64,000 nt of DNA from a virus (IMGVR_UViG_3300032038_000052:1-64000); one strand, 5' to 3'; counted from the stretch's first letter, positions 8,511 through 18,346 are shown. Made by a program: numbers and translations. The notes: generated by a model not told the origin, from the letters alone.

Positions 8511-8538
8511 ATTAAAGCACATTGCTGCAATCTGTCAA
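8511..8538 (-). promoter_or_regulatory. sigmaA-type early promoter
   Basis: TTGACA-N16-TTTAAT with extended TGn, pointing into the early operon. Confidence 0.65.
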
Positions 8539-9270
8539 ATCCCTTGTATTTTCGGGCTTTTTCGACAAATTACAGTTTATAGAAATTGTCGATTGGGGGG
8601 TGGTTTCAGCGGACTAACTCCTTAAATCCTGGACGTTCCTGGAAGCAGTTCTCTTAAAATACTCACTCCAAAACCCAAATATTGTCCACAAATTCAACGC
8701 TTCACCAACCAATTTATGGAATATCGAAAAGCCTATCGCATTTAATTAATGCAAAACCAAAACAAGCCATTTTCCGGGCAAGACTTTTTAAAGCCAAGGA
8801 ATCCACAAAATCGCCTTAAAACATAGGTGACATATAAAAAATAATCCATCGAAAAATCCCAGCCACAAAGGCGGCCACTAAATATCCATTGCGTGAGAAG
8901 TCCAGGTCGCCGCCGCACTCAAAATCCTGGTGCGTACTCCAACCCCCTCGCTAGCCAAAACCTTCTATTCAATAGTCACCACCACCACCTAGCTCTCTGC
9001 TACTGAATTTCTTTTCTCAATGCGTACATAAATATTGGATTTTCATGATCTATGTGCGTACAACCATTTATCTAGGAGTACAAAGTTATTGTGAACTGGC
9101 TGCAGAGCGTAGCGTCGCAGACAGTTCACCCTCAAGCCCCAAGAGTGGGGCGGCCCAGAGCGAAGCCTGGGTGAGGTTGGGGTTGACATATCTCAAACAT
9201 TCGAATATACTTTTGTCGAAAATATTGTCATTTAATATTTAGCTGTTAAAACTCGCAGAGGAGATTGTCT

Positions 9271-9852
9271 ATGCAGATAATTAGAGATGACTTGGCAATC
9301 GTATCTATGGAAACTGGCGAAATCCTAGATACACTAAAAACTGGGGATAACCTATCACTAGTACGTGCAGAACAGATTGAGTACACAAAGTCTCATATTC
9401 AGAACTTTAACTCAAACAAAACATTCGTTAAGATATATGATGATGTTGTTCCACTGCTAGAAAAATATTTAACCTTGCCGGAGTTTAAGTTCACTATATG
9501 TCTAACTCCACATGTATCATTTGAAGACTGCATTATCCGTAGGACTATGGATCGCAAATCTCAAATATTAAATATGCACGATTTGGCTGAATTACATGGT
9601 TACAAGTACGATTATGTTCGCAAGATAATGTCTTCACTAAAAAACAAGGGCGTTATTGGAAGACATGATACAGGGAGTATCCTTAAAGAGTATTCTGGAA
9701 ATAGTAACACTGTGTATACTGTTAACCCATATATATTCTTCCGTGGTGCAGATATACTAACCCCAGTCCATTCCTTCTACTCAAACAGTGGATGGAAAGA
9801 ATTGTTAGCAAGAGAAAATAAACCTATTAGTTCGGCTATAAAATGTAGCTGA
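9271..9852 (+). CDS. RepL-like winged-HTH DNA-binding/replication protein
   Basis: LAELHGYKYDYVRKIMSSLKNKGVI HTH and YTVNPYIFFRG motif typical of RepL-like proteins; RBS AGAGGAG. Confidence 0.6.
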   Translation: MQIIRDDLAIVSMETGEILDTLKTGDNLSLVRAEQIEYTKSHIQNFNSNKTFVKIYDDVVPLLEKYLTLPEFKFTICLTPHVSFEDCIIRRTMDRKSQILNMHDLAELHGYKYDYVRKIMSSLKNKGVIGRHDTGSILKEYSGNSNTVYTVNPYIFFRGADILTPVHSFYSNSGWKELLARENKPISSAIKCS

Positions 9853-9925
9853 TAAGAATATAGAAGGGTCGCCACCCCAAAAATCGCATTTTTTTCTAGG
9901 CAGTACCTGGATTTCCTTGAGATGA

Positions 9926-10066
9926 GGGGTGTGCACTCACAGTCACACCCTTTAAACGCACATTTTACGTTTACGCCCCTAGTTTATCAGCTTTAATGTG
10001 TGTAAAGATAATTATAGGGTGTGCACTCACAGTCACACTTTCTCCCCATGGGGTGTGCACTCAGAG
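9926..10066 (+). repeat. three direct repeats GGGTGTGCACTCA(CAGTCACAC), iteron/operator-like
   Basis: Copies at 9927, 10017 (22-bp identity) and 10051 (partial). Confidence 0.8.
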
Positions 10067-10088
10067 GGACAAATGTGAAAAATCTAGG

Positions 10089-10117
10089 TTGACAGAAAAT
10101 GGGATGTTTAGTATAAT
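10089..10117 (+). promoter_or_regulatory. consensus sigmaA promoter for the RNAP gene
   Basis: Perfect TTGACA-N17-TATAAT. Confidence 0.85.
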
Positions 10118-10157
10118 TTATACGTGGTTTAATATTTAAATTTAAGGCGGTGATTTT

Positions 10158-12902
10158 TTGGGCCAATTTGGTTGGAAGATTCGGAACTATAAAGCTGCGA
10201 CAGTATATGGGAAGAACCTGGGCATCCGTGATCGTTATGATTATACAGATGCTATGCTTCACCACTCTCTTTTTACGCGTTGGCTCCAGGCAAATGGAAT
10301 GAAGACAGACAAACGTGATGAGTCAACTAGAGATATTATCTGCATTGACTTTCAGTTTGGGCTGCGTAGCTATAAAGAAGAAATTAAACACTTAGATGAG
10401 ATGAAGAAGGCTGCTGGGGATGACCAGGAGAAGCTTCAGAAGATTAGTGAAATTGAAGAGCGAGTAAACAGCAAAAAAGATTTATATAAGAAAATCAGCA
10501 AGGATAAAATCCGCCAAACCTTTTATGAGAATGGAGTTCCTATTACATATAAGAAGCTAAACAAATCCACTGGTGAGTTTATAGAAGAAACCATCAGATA
10601 TAAGATGCTTTATAGGAATCCTTCCAAGGCTAAACAAGGTTCTTGTATGTTTATCAGAGAGGAACTGTACCAAAAAGCGTATGATTGGTTAACTATGGGG
10701 CTTGGTCCAAGGCTTCCAGAGAAGAATGCCAAGATTGTAGAAATATCCGCATACGCACCGCTCTCCACCTCCGCTATTGAAGGGACTATGGAAATGCCTG
10801 TTGAAGATGTCTTAATATTAAAAGACCAAGACAGTTTCTTCCATACAATTGCTGATATAGTTCGTGCCGAAGAATATGAGTTAGATGTTAAAGGCAAGAC
10901 TGAGACTCACACAAAATGCGTAGTACATCGTGAAGAAGCAGATGTAAAAAATACGCTTTGGGATGGTATGGCACTGATAGAAAGTTCTGTAGCCCCAGAA
11001 TGGTGCAATGGGATGGCACTGCTAAGAAACCATTTTTTTAAGGCATGTGCATTCAGAACTTATATTCAGAACTTCTTACAAGATTATGCCGCTGAACATG
11101 GAATTGATTTTGATACCTGGGAACTAGAGGATATGTTTGGTATGAAACACCTGGCAAGTTCCATAAAGATGATTACAACAGACAACGCTATTAAATGGAA
11201 GAAATTCGTTGAACTGATGGGTGATTCAATGGCAAATGCTTATGATTATTGGAAGAAAAAGCTGAATGCTGATGGATGTGTTTGGGGAATTGTCAAAACA
11301 GATCACAGGTCGAAGCTTGGGGATGTACAGCAAATGTCCTATCAGATGATTAATACTCTTCCATGCTCTGAGGAAGATATAGAACAGATAGCCAAGACAA
11401 GCGTTGAATATGTTGAACTACTAAAAAGGAATGATGATGAGTTTGAGAAGTTCCTTCGAAAGAACGCCACGGCTGTTAACCATTTTGAAATGCTTGCGGA
11501 TTTATACGTCTGGAACCATGAGTTTGCAAATAGCAAGATGTGGAAGGTTGATAAGTCTACAATTATTCGGCAATATGTGAATAAGCTCCGGCGTGGAAAG
11601 ATTACTGTGGAGGGGGATAATTTAACCGTTTGCGGTAACCCATACGCTCTATTGCTATATACAGTCGGAGAAGACTGGAACAATGACCCAACTCTTGTCC
11701 CAGAGGATGGTGTTATACAAGTATACACTACAAGATTTGAAGATGGCGAGTATCTTTGCGGTATTCGTAATCCACACAATTCTAGCAATAACCTTGGGTA
11801 CTTTAAGAATGTAAAGCATCCTCTTATGGCTAAGTACTTTGCATTCAGTAATAATATCATGGCTGTAAACTGTATTCACACTGATGTACAAGCTAGAATG
11901 AACGGCGAGGATTTTGATTCAGATTTCAACTTTGTTACTAATCAGCCGCAGATGGTTGAGGCGGCAAGAGTAGCATACAAAGAATTTCCAACAGTTGTTA
12001 ATGAAATCCCAGAGAGTGGAATATCATATGACAACAACTTAACTGAATATGCAAAGATGGACATAAAGATGCAAAGTGCGCAGAAAGCCATCGGCGGATC
12101 TAGTGATACTGCTCAGTTAGCGCAAAGCTATTATTGGTCAAATGTTAATCATGGAATAGCTGATGAGAACACTCAACAGTACTATGAGAACACTGTAATC
12201 CTAGCTGTGTGTGCGCAGCTGGCCATCGATGGATGTAAAAAGGTTTTTGCCGTGGATGTTAATGATGATATCAAGAGGATTCGTTCCCAAGAGTGTATGA
12301 AGAAAAGTAAGGACTACCCTGCTTTTATGAAATGGACTCATGATATTCCTATTACTAAAAATGGCAAGGAAAGAGCACAAGAAGAAATAAAGAGAGATAA
12401 AAATAGAATCAAACAGAGAATTGATAGCACTATCATTTGCCCCATGAATTGGCTACAAGATTGTTTGGACAAAATACAAGGTATTGATAAAGCGGAGTAT
12501 ATTCCAACATCTGATTATTTCATTAAAATGCCAGGGACAGCTGATAATAGGCAAATGTCAAAAATAAGAAAAATAATTGAGGACTATGATGGATATACAA
12601 AAAGAATCATGTTGCTATTACAAGATAATCCAGATGAGCAAGATTATTATGACTTACTCTTCTTAAAAACTAATGAAGTTCTTGAAAAGATTAGCAAAAT
12701 TAAACTATCTAGATTAACGATGAATAGATTACTTGGGTCTGTTTTGGGTGTAGACTGGGGAGTTAAAAATGCGTTTAAGTATAAACAAGCATCAAAATAT
12801 ATCAGAAAAACAATGAATATGCTCTATAGAATAAATAAAAAAACGTTTCTTAATAATTTCAAAAATGTTGAAGAGATAAATAACGATGAAATTTAGGACT
12901 AA
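10158..12902 (+). CDS. YonO-like single-subunit (RdRP-family double-psi-barrel) DNA-dependent RNA polymerase
   Basis: RNPH and GEDFDSD catalytic motifs, 912+ aa, SPbeta-like position upstream of HU; ends TAG-GAC-TAA (12896 in code 11, 12902 in code 15). Confidence 0.85.
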
Positions 12903-13119
12903 GTAATTACTCAATTTACATGACATTGCAAAAAAGTCTTATATGAGACAAGTGTTTTAATTTTTTATTTTTACATTTTATCCGCCGCTATTGCCGAGTG
13001 CGGCGTATATAAATATGGCTTCATGAAGAAAAGGATTTGTACCTTTGGAAGTGGTAAAGGTTAAACTTCTATCGAGATCTCTTAACAATGAGTAAAAAGG
13101 ATTAAAAGGAGAATTTAAT

Positions 13120-13395
13120 ATGAAGAAAACGGAATTTGTAAAAATGTGTGCAGAAAAGGCTGGACTTTCGCAGAGAGATATGCGTGAAGTTCTTGATATT
13201 GTTGGTGAGTGCATTAGCGTTGCTATGAAGGATGATGACGGGGTTTCTCCGTTTACTGGTATCAAGTTTTATACCGAATTTAAGGAAAGCCGTACAGCTA
13301 GAAATCCTAGAACTGGAGAACTCGTCCAGGTAGAAGCCAAGTATAGACCAAAGGCTAAATTTGGCATTGCAATTAAGGAAGCAATTAATTCCTAA
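13120..13395 (+). CDS. hup: histone-like DNA-binding protein HU
   Basis: MKKTEFV...RTARNPRTGELVQV...PKAKFGIAIKEAIN. Confidence 0.92.
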   Translation: MKKTEFVKMCAEKAGLSQRDMREVLDIVGECISVAMKDDDGVSPFTGIKFYTEFKESRTARNPRTGELVQVEAKYRPKAKFGIAIKEAINS

Positions 13396-13495
13396 ATAAA
13401 TAATGTAAGTTTCTACTTTATGATGTGATAGTATATTTTTTCATTTTTTCCTTTCACATTTGGGGAGGTATAATATATCTCCCCTTATGTATTAA

Positions 13496-14093
13496 ATGCT
13501 AAATTCTGTTCATAACTAGTAACTCAGTGCAGAGCGGTTAATCACCGTGCTGAGAGCGTCTGTATTTCGGAGTGGTTTTGTATGGGATACTTTATATTAC
13601 TACTCCCCCACTTGTCGTGAGGCAATAAAGGATACTGGCTAAAAGCCTAAAGAAAAGGATGTGTACTGAGATTATATGTAGTCAAAGGTTGTGTCTGGTC
13701 GTCCTCATAATAGCACCGTGAGGAGCGGGAAACCCTGATGCCTATGGGCTGGTAACCTATAGGAGGGCAAGTAGGGGAACACCAAATAAGAGGATTTGTC
13801 GTGAAACAGAGAAATCTGTGTATAAGATCAGTTCAACGAGTGAGTAGCCCAAGACAACGAATTTCAATGAAAATATTGGCATGTAGTGGAACATGCGTAT
13901 GTTATCATTCTGAATGATGGGTGAAAGTTACAGGTAACCAATCCTGTATGTGCGGAGGCTGGTGTATTCCAGTGTGGCAAGAAGTTTATAGGCGACGGCT
14001 TATAGGCTCAGACTTGTTATCACATTGACCGAATATGGGTGCGTATAATCGAGGCAAGGCGAAGGTCTACTTTTTGTGTACAGAATTTAGTGT
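13496..14093 (+). ncRNA. ~600-nt structured ncRNA, ROOL-like candidate
   Basis: Closing 14-bp stem 13496-13509/14080-14093; nested hairpins (TCCTCA..TGAGGA, CCTATGGG..CCTATAGG, CAGG-TAACCAAT-CCTG); no ORF; followed by a tRNA. Confidence 0.65.
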
Positions 14094-14191
14094 TTAATTC
14101 GTGGTTGATATTTTCGGCCCACCACCTGGTACGTCAAGCTGGGAAATTCTAGTGGGAGACCCGCTACAAGGAGAGGTTGTGCTCTCTACTT

Positions 14192-14262
14192 AGAGTATGT
14201 GGTGTAATGGTAGCACGCTTGGTTTGGGACCATGAGGAGGCGTTCAAGTCGCACATATTCTA
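14192..14262 (+). tRNA. tRNA-Pro(TGG), imperfect stems
   Basis: D-arm GTGT-AATGGTA-GCAC, anticodon loop TT-TGG-GA, T-loop TTCAAGT; mismatches in T and anticodon stems; no CCA. Confidence 0.7.
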
Positions 14263-14306
14263 TTTATCAGTAAGCATTTACTGAAATACATTGAAGGAGA
14301 ATATAA

Positions 14307-14498
14307 ATGGTAGAAATAACACAAGATGAGGCAAAGATGTTGCGAGATAATGGACGTTCTGAAGATGTGCATATGAGTAGCAGAACAAAAAAATCTCGTG
14401 GCAAAAGATATTTTATGACGGAATCATTTAAGAGCAAGAATATATTAAATGAATACCGAAATTTAAAGATTACTGAAACATATACAAAAAATGATTAA
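14307..14498 (+). CDS. hypothetical protein (63 aa)
   Basis: RBS GAAGGAG, TAA stop. Confidence 0.75.
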   Translation: MVEITQDEAKMLRDNGRSEDVHMSSRTKKSRGKRYFMTESFKSKNILNEYRNLKITETYTKND

Positions 14499-14512
14499 AA
14501 GGAGAATTTATC

Positions 14513-14854
14513 ATGATGATTAGGACATTAGAGAATGTATATACTAGTAAGGAAGACAATGAACTTGGGAAGGTAATCCGTAAGTACTCTATTGCAAGGA
14601 GACTGCTTGAAGTCGGTGGAGACAAGGTAAGGATTATCGATCTTAAGCCAGACAGAACAGACCCAGATCGCAAGCGGACAGTTTTTGTATTCAGAAACGA
14701 TGACGCATTTCAGGAGGTATTAACTAAGGTTCTTGCAGAAAAAGCACAGAGCAAAAGTGAGCATGAGCTGCAATCTGAGATTGATATCTTGAAGAAGAAA
14801 ATTGAAGCATTATCTAATATTGCCGAATTAAAGAAAACGTCTGTAGAGGAGTGA
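14513..14854 (+). CDS. hypothetical protein (113 aa)
   Basis: RBS AAAAGGAG; IIDLKPDR..R.RTVFVF motif. Confidence 0.75.
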   Translation: MMIRTLENVYTSKEDNELGKVIRKYSIARRLLEVGGDKVRIIDLKPDRTDPDRKRTVFVFRNDDAFQEVLTKVLAEKAQSKSEHELQSEIDILKKKIEALSNIAELKKTSVEE

Positions 14855-14860
14855 TTGCGA

Positions 14861-15490
14861 ATGGGCGAACTTGAAGAATTATTTGTACCATTTGTTGGTA
14901 ATACAAAGTCTAGTGAAATTCCTGCGCCAGAAGAATACAATTACTGGTGGCTTAGGAAAAATAGACATTTTTTTATAGATTATGAAATTATGGAAGACTA
15001 TTCTTTGATAGAACTTGGAAAAACAATTCTTCAAATGAACTTTGAAGAAAAGGACATCCCCAAAGATGAGTTGAAGCCTATATATATATGGGTGTTCTCA
15101 TATGGTGGAGATTTAGACCAGGCTTTCTGTTTTTGTGATATCTGCGAATCAAGTAGGATTCCTATTATTACAGTAAGTATGGGTATAGCAATGTCTGCTG
15201 GACTTCTTATTTTCTTGTCTGGCTCTAAGCGTTATGCACTAAAGCATTCTAGGATGCTTGTTCATTCTGGGCAAGCTGGTTTCCAGGGTACTGCGGAGCA
15301 GATTGAAGAAGCCCAGAAGGATTATAAGAAGCAGCTCAATTCTATGAAAGAATTTATCTTGGAGAGAACTGATATTGATGCTAAATTATTTGGAAGGAAT
15401 AAAGCCAAGGATTGGTATATTTCCGGCGATGATTTACTTAAGTATCATGTTGTTGACAAGCTAATTGATAATATTGAAGAAATATTCTGA
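14861..15490 (+). CDS. clpP: ClpP-family protease proteolytic subunit
   Basis: IYIWVFSYGGD, MGIAMSAGLLI, MLVH, DWYI motifs (Ser and His of the catalytic triad visible). Confidence 0.85.
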   Translation: MGELEELFVPFVGNTKSSEIPAPEEYNYWWLRKNRHFFIDYEIMEDYSLIELGKTILQMNFEEKDIPKDELKPIYIWVFSYGGDLDQAFCFCDICESSRIPIITVSMGIAMSAGLLIFLSGSKRYALKHSRMLVHSGQAGFQGTAEQIEEAQKDYKKQLNSMKEFILERTDIDAKLFGRNKAKDWYISGDDLLKYHVVDKLIDNIEEIF

Positions 15491-15513
15491 GGGCGATACT
15501 GCCCTCTTTTTTT
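15489..15513 (+). terminator. intrinsic terminator
   Basis: GAGGGC-GATACT-GCCCTC + T-run. Confidence 0.65.
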
Positions 15514-15531
15514 TATAAGGAGAAAAAGGAT

Positions 15532-15750
15532 ATGGCAAAGAACCCCAATTTTATTAGAAATATGGTAGATAAGTTTGCAATAAAAGGACATCTTTCAGAA
15601 GATGGTAAGGTGATTACATATATCAATGATGATAAGGAAGAGGCTCAAATAGATATTGAGAAATGTCTAAAGAGTTTTAGAAATGAAGAGATTGAACTTA
15701 CCATTGCTGTAAAGATGAGCCAGGATCTTAGCGGATCCGTGGAGGATTAA
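15532..15750 (+). CDS. YonK-like small protein
   Basis: Size, IKG...I.....L..F....I.L.I pattern and SPbeta-like synteny. Confidence 0.45.
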   Translation: MAKNPNFIRNMVDKFAIKGHLSEDGKVITYINDDKEEAQIDIEKCLKSFRNEEIELTIAVKMSQDLSGSVED

Positions 15751-15752
15751 TA

Positions 15753-16952
15753 ATGTCTGTTATAGACATCAGCAGGAAAAAAGGGGAGACTGAGTTAGGT
15801 TATATCAAAAGACTCGGCGAAGCAAAAGACGCTGGGCTACTTGATATGACATGGCAAGAACTTGCTGGTGTATTTAATAAGAACCTCCGTGAGCCTGGTG
15901 TTGAGTGGAATGAATCTACATATAGAAAGAAGTTCGCCGCATTACGTGATTACAGTGAAGAGTTTGGCACTGCTAATAAATCAGATGCAGACGAACTTAT
16001 TTCTATAAAACGTGAATTAGAAAAAGAAAAAGTAAAACTCCGTGATGAAAGAACCGAATACAAAAGATTGATTCGGGAGGAAGCACGGAAAGAGTCATAT
16101 CAAGAACAATTCATTCGTGCTATAGAAGAAGCTGCTGGCAAGCATCCTCTTGATTATGATGTAAGTGTGCATACTCAAATTAAAAGGGGAAGCTCCGTAG
16201 TTGTAGCTCCTTTAACTGATGTGCACATGGGAATTCAGATTAGCAACTATTGGAACGAATATAATGAAGATGTATTAAGGCAAATGATGAAGTATTACCT
16301 TGATTACATAGAAGATATTGCTGTTCGACATGATGCGGGAGATGTTGTAGTATTAGCATCTGAACTTGTTTCTGGGTTAATCCATCCGACAATCCGTTTA
16401 CAGAACAACCAAGATTTAATTGAACAATTTCTAAATGTAACCGATTATATATGTGATTTTCTTGCGGTTTTAAGTACACGTTTTAATACTGTTGAGTTTT
16501 ATGTAGCTCCTGGAAATCATGGGCGAATTAATCCCAAAAAGGATGACGGTCTTGCTCATGAAAACATGGATGAGCTAGTTGTGCCGTTTGTAAAATCAAG
16601 GCTTCAAAGCTATCCAAATTTATATTGTTATAGTAACGAAGTAGATTCTGGGATTGTAACTACTACTGTCTTGGGATCAAAACTTGTATTTGTCCATGGT
16701 GATAAAGATGACATGAGTAATGTTACAAGAAATATGACAAAGCTACTTGGCTATACTCCAGATATTATTGTTATGGGGCATAGACACTTTAACGCATATA
16801 CTACCGACAATACAACGAAAATTATACAATCTGGGTCTTTCATGGGGCCAGATGAATATTCTATTTCGAAGCGATTGGTCGGGAAACCAGAACAGACTGT
16901 TTTTGTTGTTAACAATAATGGTTTGGAATGTATATATGATATGAGATTATAA
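15753..16952 (+). CDS. calcineurin-like metallophosphoesterase (YonJ-like)
   Basis: LTDVHMG, PGNHGR, HGD and GHRH metal-binding motifs. Confidence 0.8.
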   Translation: MSVIDISRKKGETELGYIKRLGEAKDAGLLDMTWQELAGVFNKNLREPGVEWNESTYRKKFAALRDYSEEFGTANKSDADELISIKRELEKEKVKLRDERTEYKRLIREEARKESYQEQFIRAIEEAAGKHPLDYDVSVHTQIKRGSSVVVAPLTDVHMGIQISNYWNEYNEDVLRQMMKYYLDYIEDIAVRHDAGDVVVLASELVSGLIHPTIRLQNNQDLIEQFLNVTDYICDFLAVLSTRFNTVEFYVAPGNHGRINPKKDDGLAHENMDELVVPFVKSRLQSYPNLYCYSNEVDSGIVTTTVLGSKLVFVHGDKDDMSNVTRNMTKLLGYTPDIIVMGHRHFNAYTTDNTTKIIQSGSFMGPDEYSISKRLVGKPEQTVFVVNNNGLECIYDMRL

Positions 16953-16965
16953 GGAGTAAAAGGAT

Positions 16966-17505
16966 ATGAGAAAAATAGTGATTGATGATATCGCTCAAAT
17001 CTCAGCAGAAATGATTGCTTTTAATAACATCGAAGGGCATCATTCAGTAGTAGTTGGTAGCTATGAAGTAATTGTAGAAATATTAAATACAATTATTAAG
17101 AATACCAATGCTGTATTTGTAAATGGTGAACTGAATATGCCAGATTCAGATGGTTATGAAAATGCATACTATCTTGAATATGCAGAAGATGAGCTTTGGG
17201 TTGATAAGATGTATAATGAGATGCATAAGAGATATCTTACAATTGAGGCAGACAGGGTTTGGGTTGAAGATGAGTTTTCCAAGGATTATCTTGATGCTAA
17301 TGACGCTAAGAATGTGATTATATTTGAGTTTGATTCTGAAATTGAAGATTCATCTAAAGTCCCTTGTCTTTGTTTAGATGATGACGCACTTGGCTTTACT
17401 TGTTGCTACCATAGTGAATTGGGACATGGTAAATTCAAGTATCGTGGTTCAGAAAAGCTAACGGAAGAAAAAGCTTGGGATATTGTATATAATTATTGTG
17501 ATTGA
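16966..17505 (+). CDS. acidic hypothetical protein (179 aa)
   Basis: RBS AAGGAG, TGA stop. Confidence 0.75.
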   Translation: MRKIVIDDIAQISAEMIAFNNIEGHHSVVVGSYEVIVEILNTIIKNTNAVFVNGELNMPDSDGYENAYYLEYAEDELWVDKMYNEMHKRYLTIEADRVWVEDEFSKDYLDANDAKNVIIFEFDSEIEDSSKVPCLCLDDDALGFTCCYHSELGHGKFKYRGSEKLTEEKAWDIVYNYCD

Positions 17506-17552
17506 TATTAGTGAGGCTAGGTCATGTATTTATATGACTTAGCCATATTTGC

Positions 17553-17608
17553 TTCTGTGGCGCAATAGGTAGCGCAACTGATCTATGGTTCAAATCCATA
17601 CACAGAAA
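17553..17608 (+). pseudogene. tRNA lacking the anticodon arm (56 nt)
   Basis: TTCTGTG/CACAGAA stem, GCGC-AATAGGTA-GCGC D-arm, TATGG-TTCAAAT-CCATA T-arm; only AACTGATC between them. Confidence 0.6.
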
Positions 17609-17719
17609 TTTATTGAGCGGGTAGTATAAAGAAGTCATGAGCTTTATATTATGTACTATCCTATCCGGTGCATACCCGCTCTTATAATAAATAGGATAGG
17701 TGAAAGGATAGGAATAAAT

Positions 17720-18346
17720 ATGAATAAAACAAAATAGATTGGATTAATAACTGAATTATCGTGCTAGTTATATCTTTCTTAGCTTGGGTACAATATTTGT
17801 ACTCCATTATGCGAAGATTGTAGATATGACATGATTGCAGATTTTAATGGTATATTAAAAAAAATACAAGTTAAGACATGTCGTGAAAATAATAATAAGA
17901 CTGGAATAGAATTTTCAACCACTTCGACAAGAAGCAACTCTAGTGAAATTGTTAGGTAGAAATATTCAGAAAATGATGTTGATTATTTTGCGACATTCTA
18001 TAATAATAAGTGCTACTTAATTAAGAATATCTATAGTAGCACATGTATTACATTACTATATGATGGGAATATCACTGGAAATGAGTGTATTCCAAAACAT
18101 CTTTCTGATTATGAATGTGAAAAACAGATTAAAAAAATATTAAATAATAATGAAGACACATTACCAAAAAGAGTAATATGCCAATATGATAAAAATTGGC
18201 AATTAATTGCAACGTATAATTCCGTAAGGGGTGCTGCAAGAGCACTTGGAGACGAATTAAAAAATGCACATATTGCCGATGCAATTAATGGTAGACGCAA
18301 AATGGCATATGGATTTTATTGGAAAGAAAATATAGATATATAGTAA
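17720..18346 (+). CDS. PD-(D/E)XK endonuclease with C-terminal NUMOD1-type DNA-binding domain (TAG=Gln)
   Basis: KQIGLITELSCQLYLSQLGY..P...RYD...KIQVKT open only with TAG=Gln; ICQYD...AARAL...AYGFYW C-terminus; ends TAG-TAA. Confidence 0.75.

Noticed and set aside
9926-10066. CRISPR array
   Set aside because: Only three irregularly spaced copies (one partial) and no cas context; treated as iterons/operators
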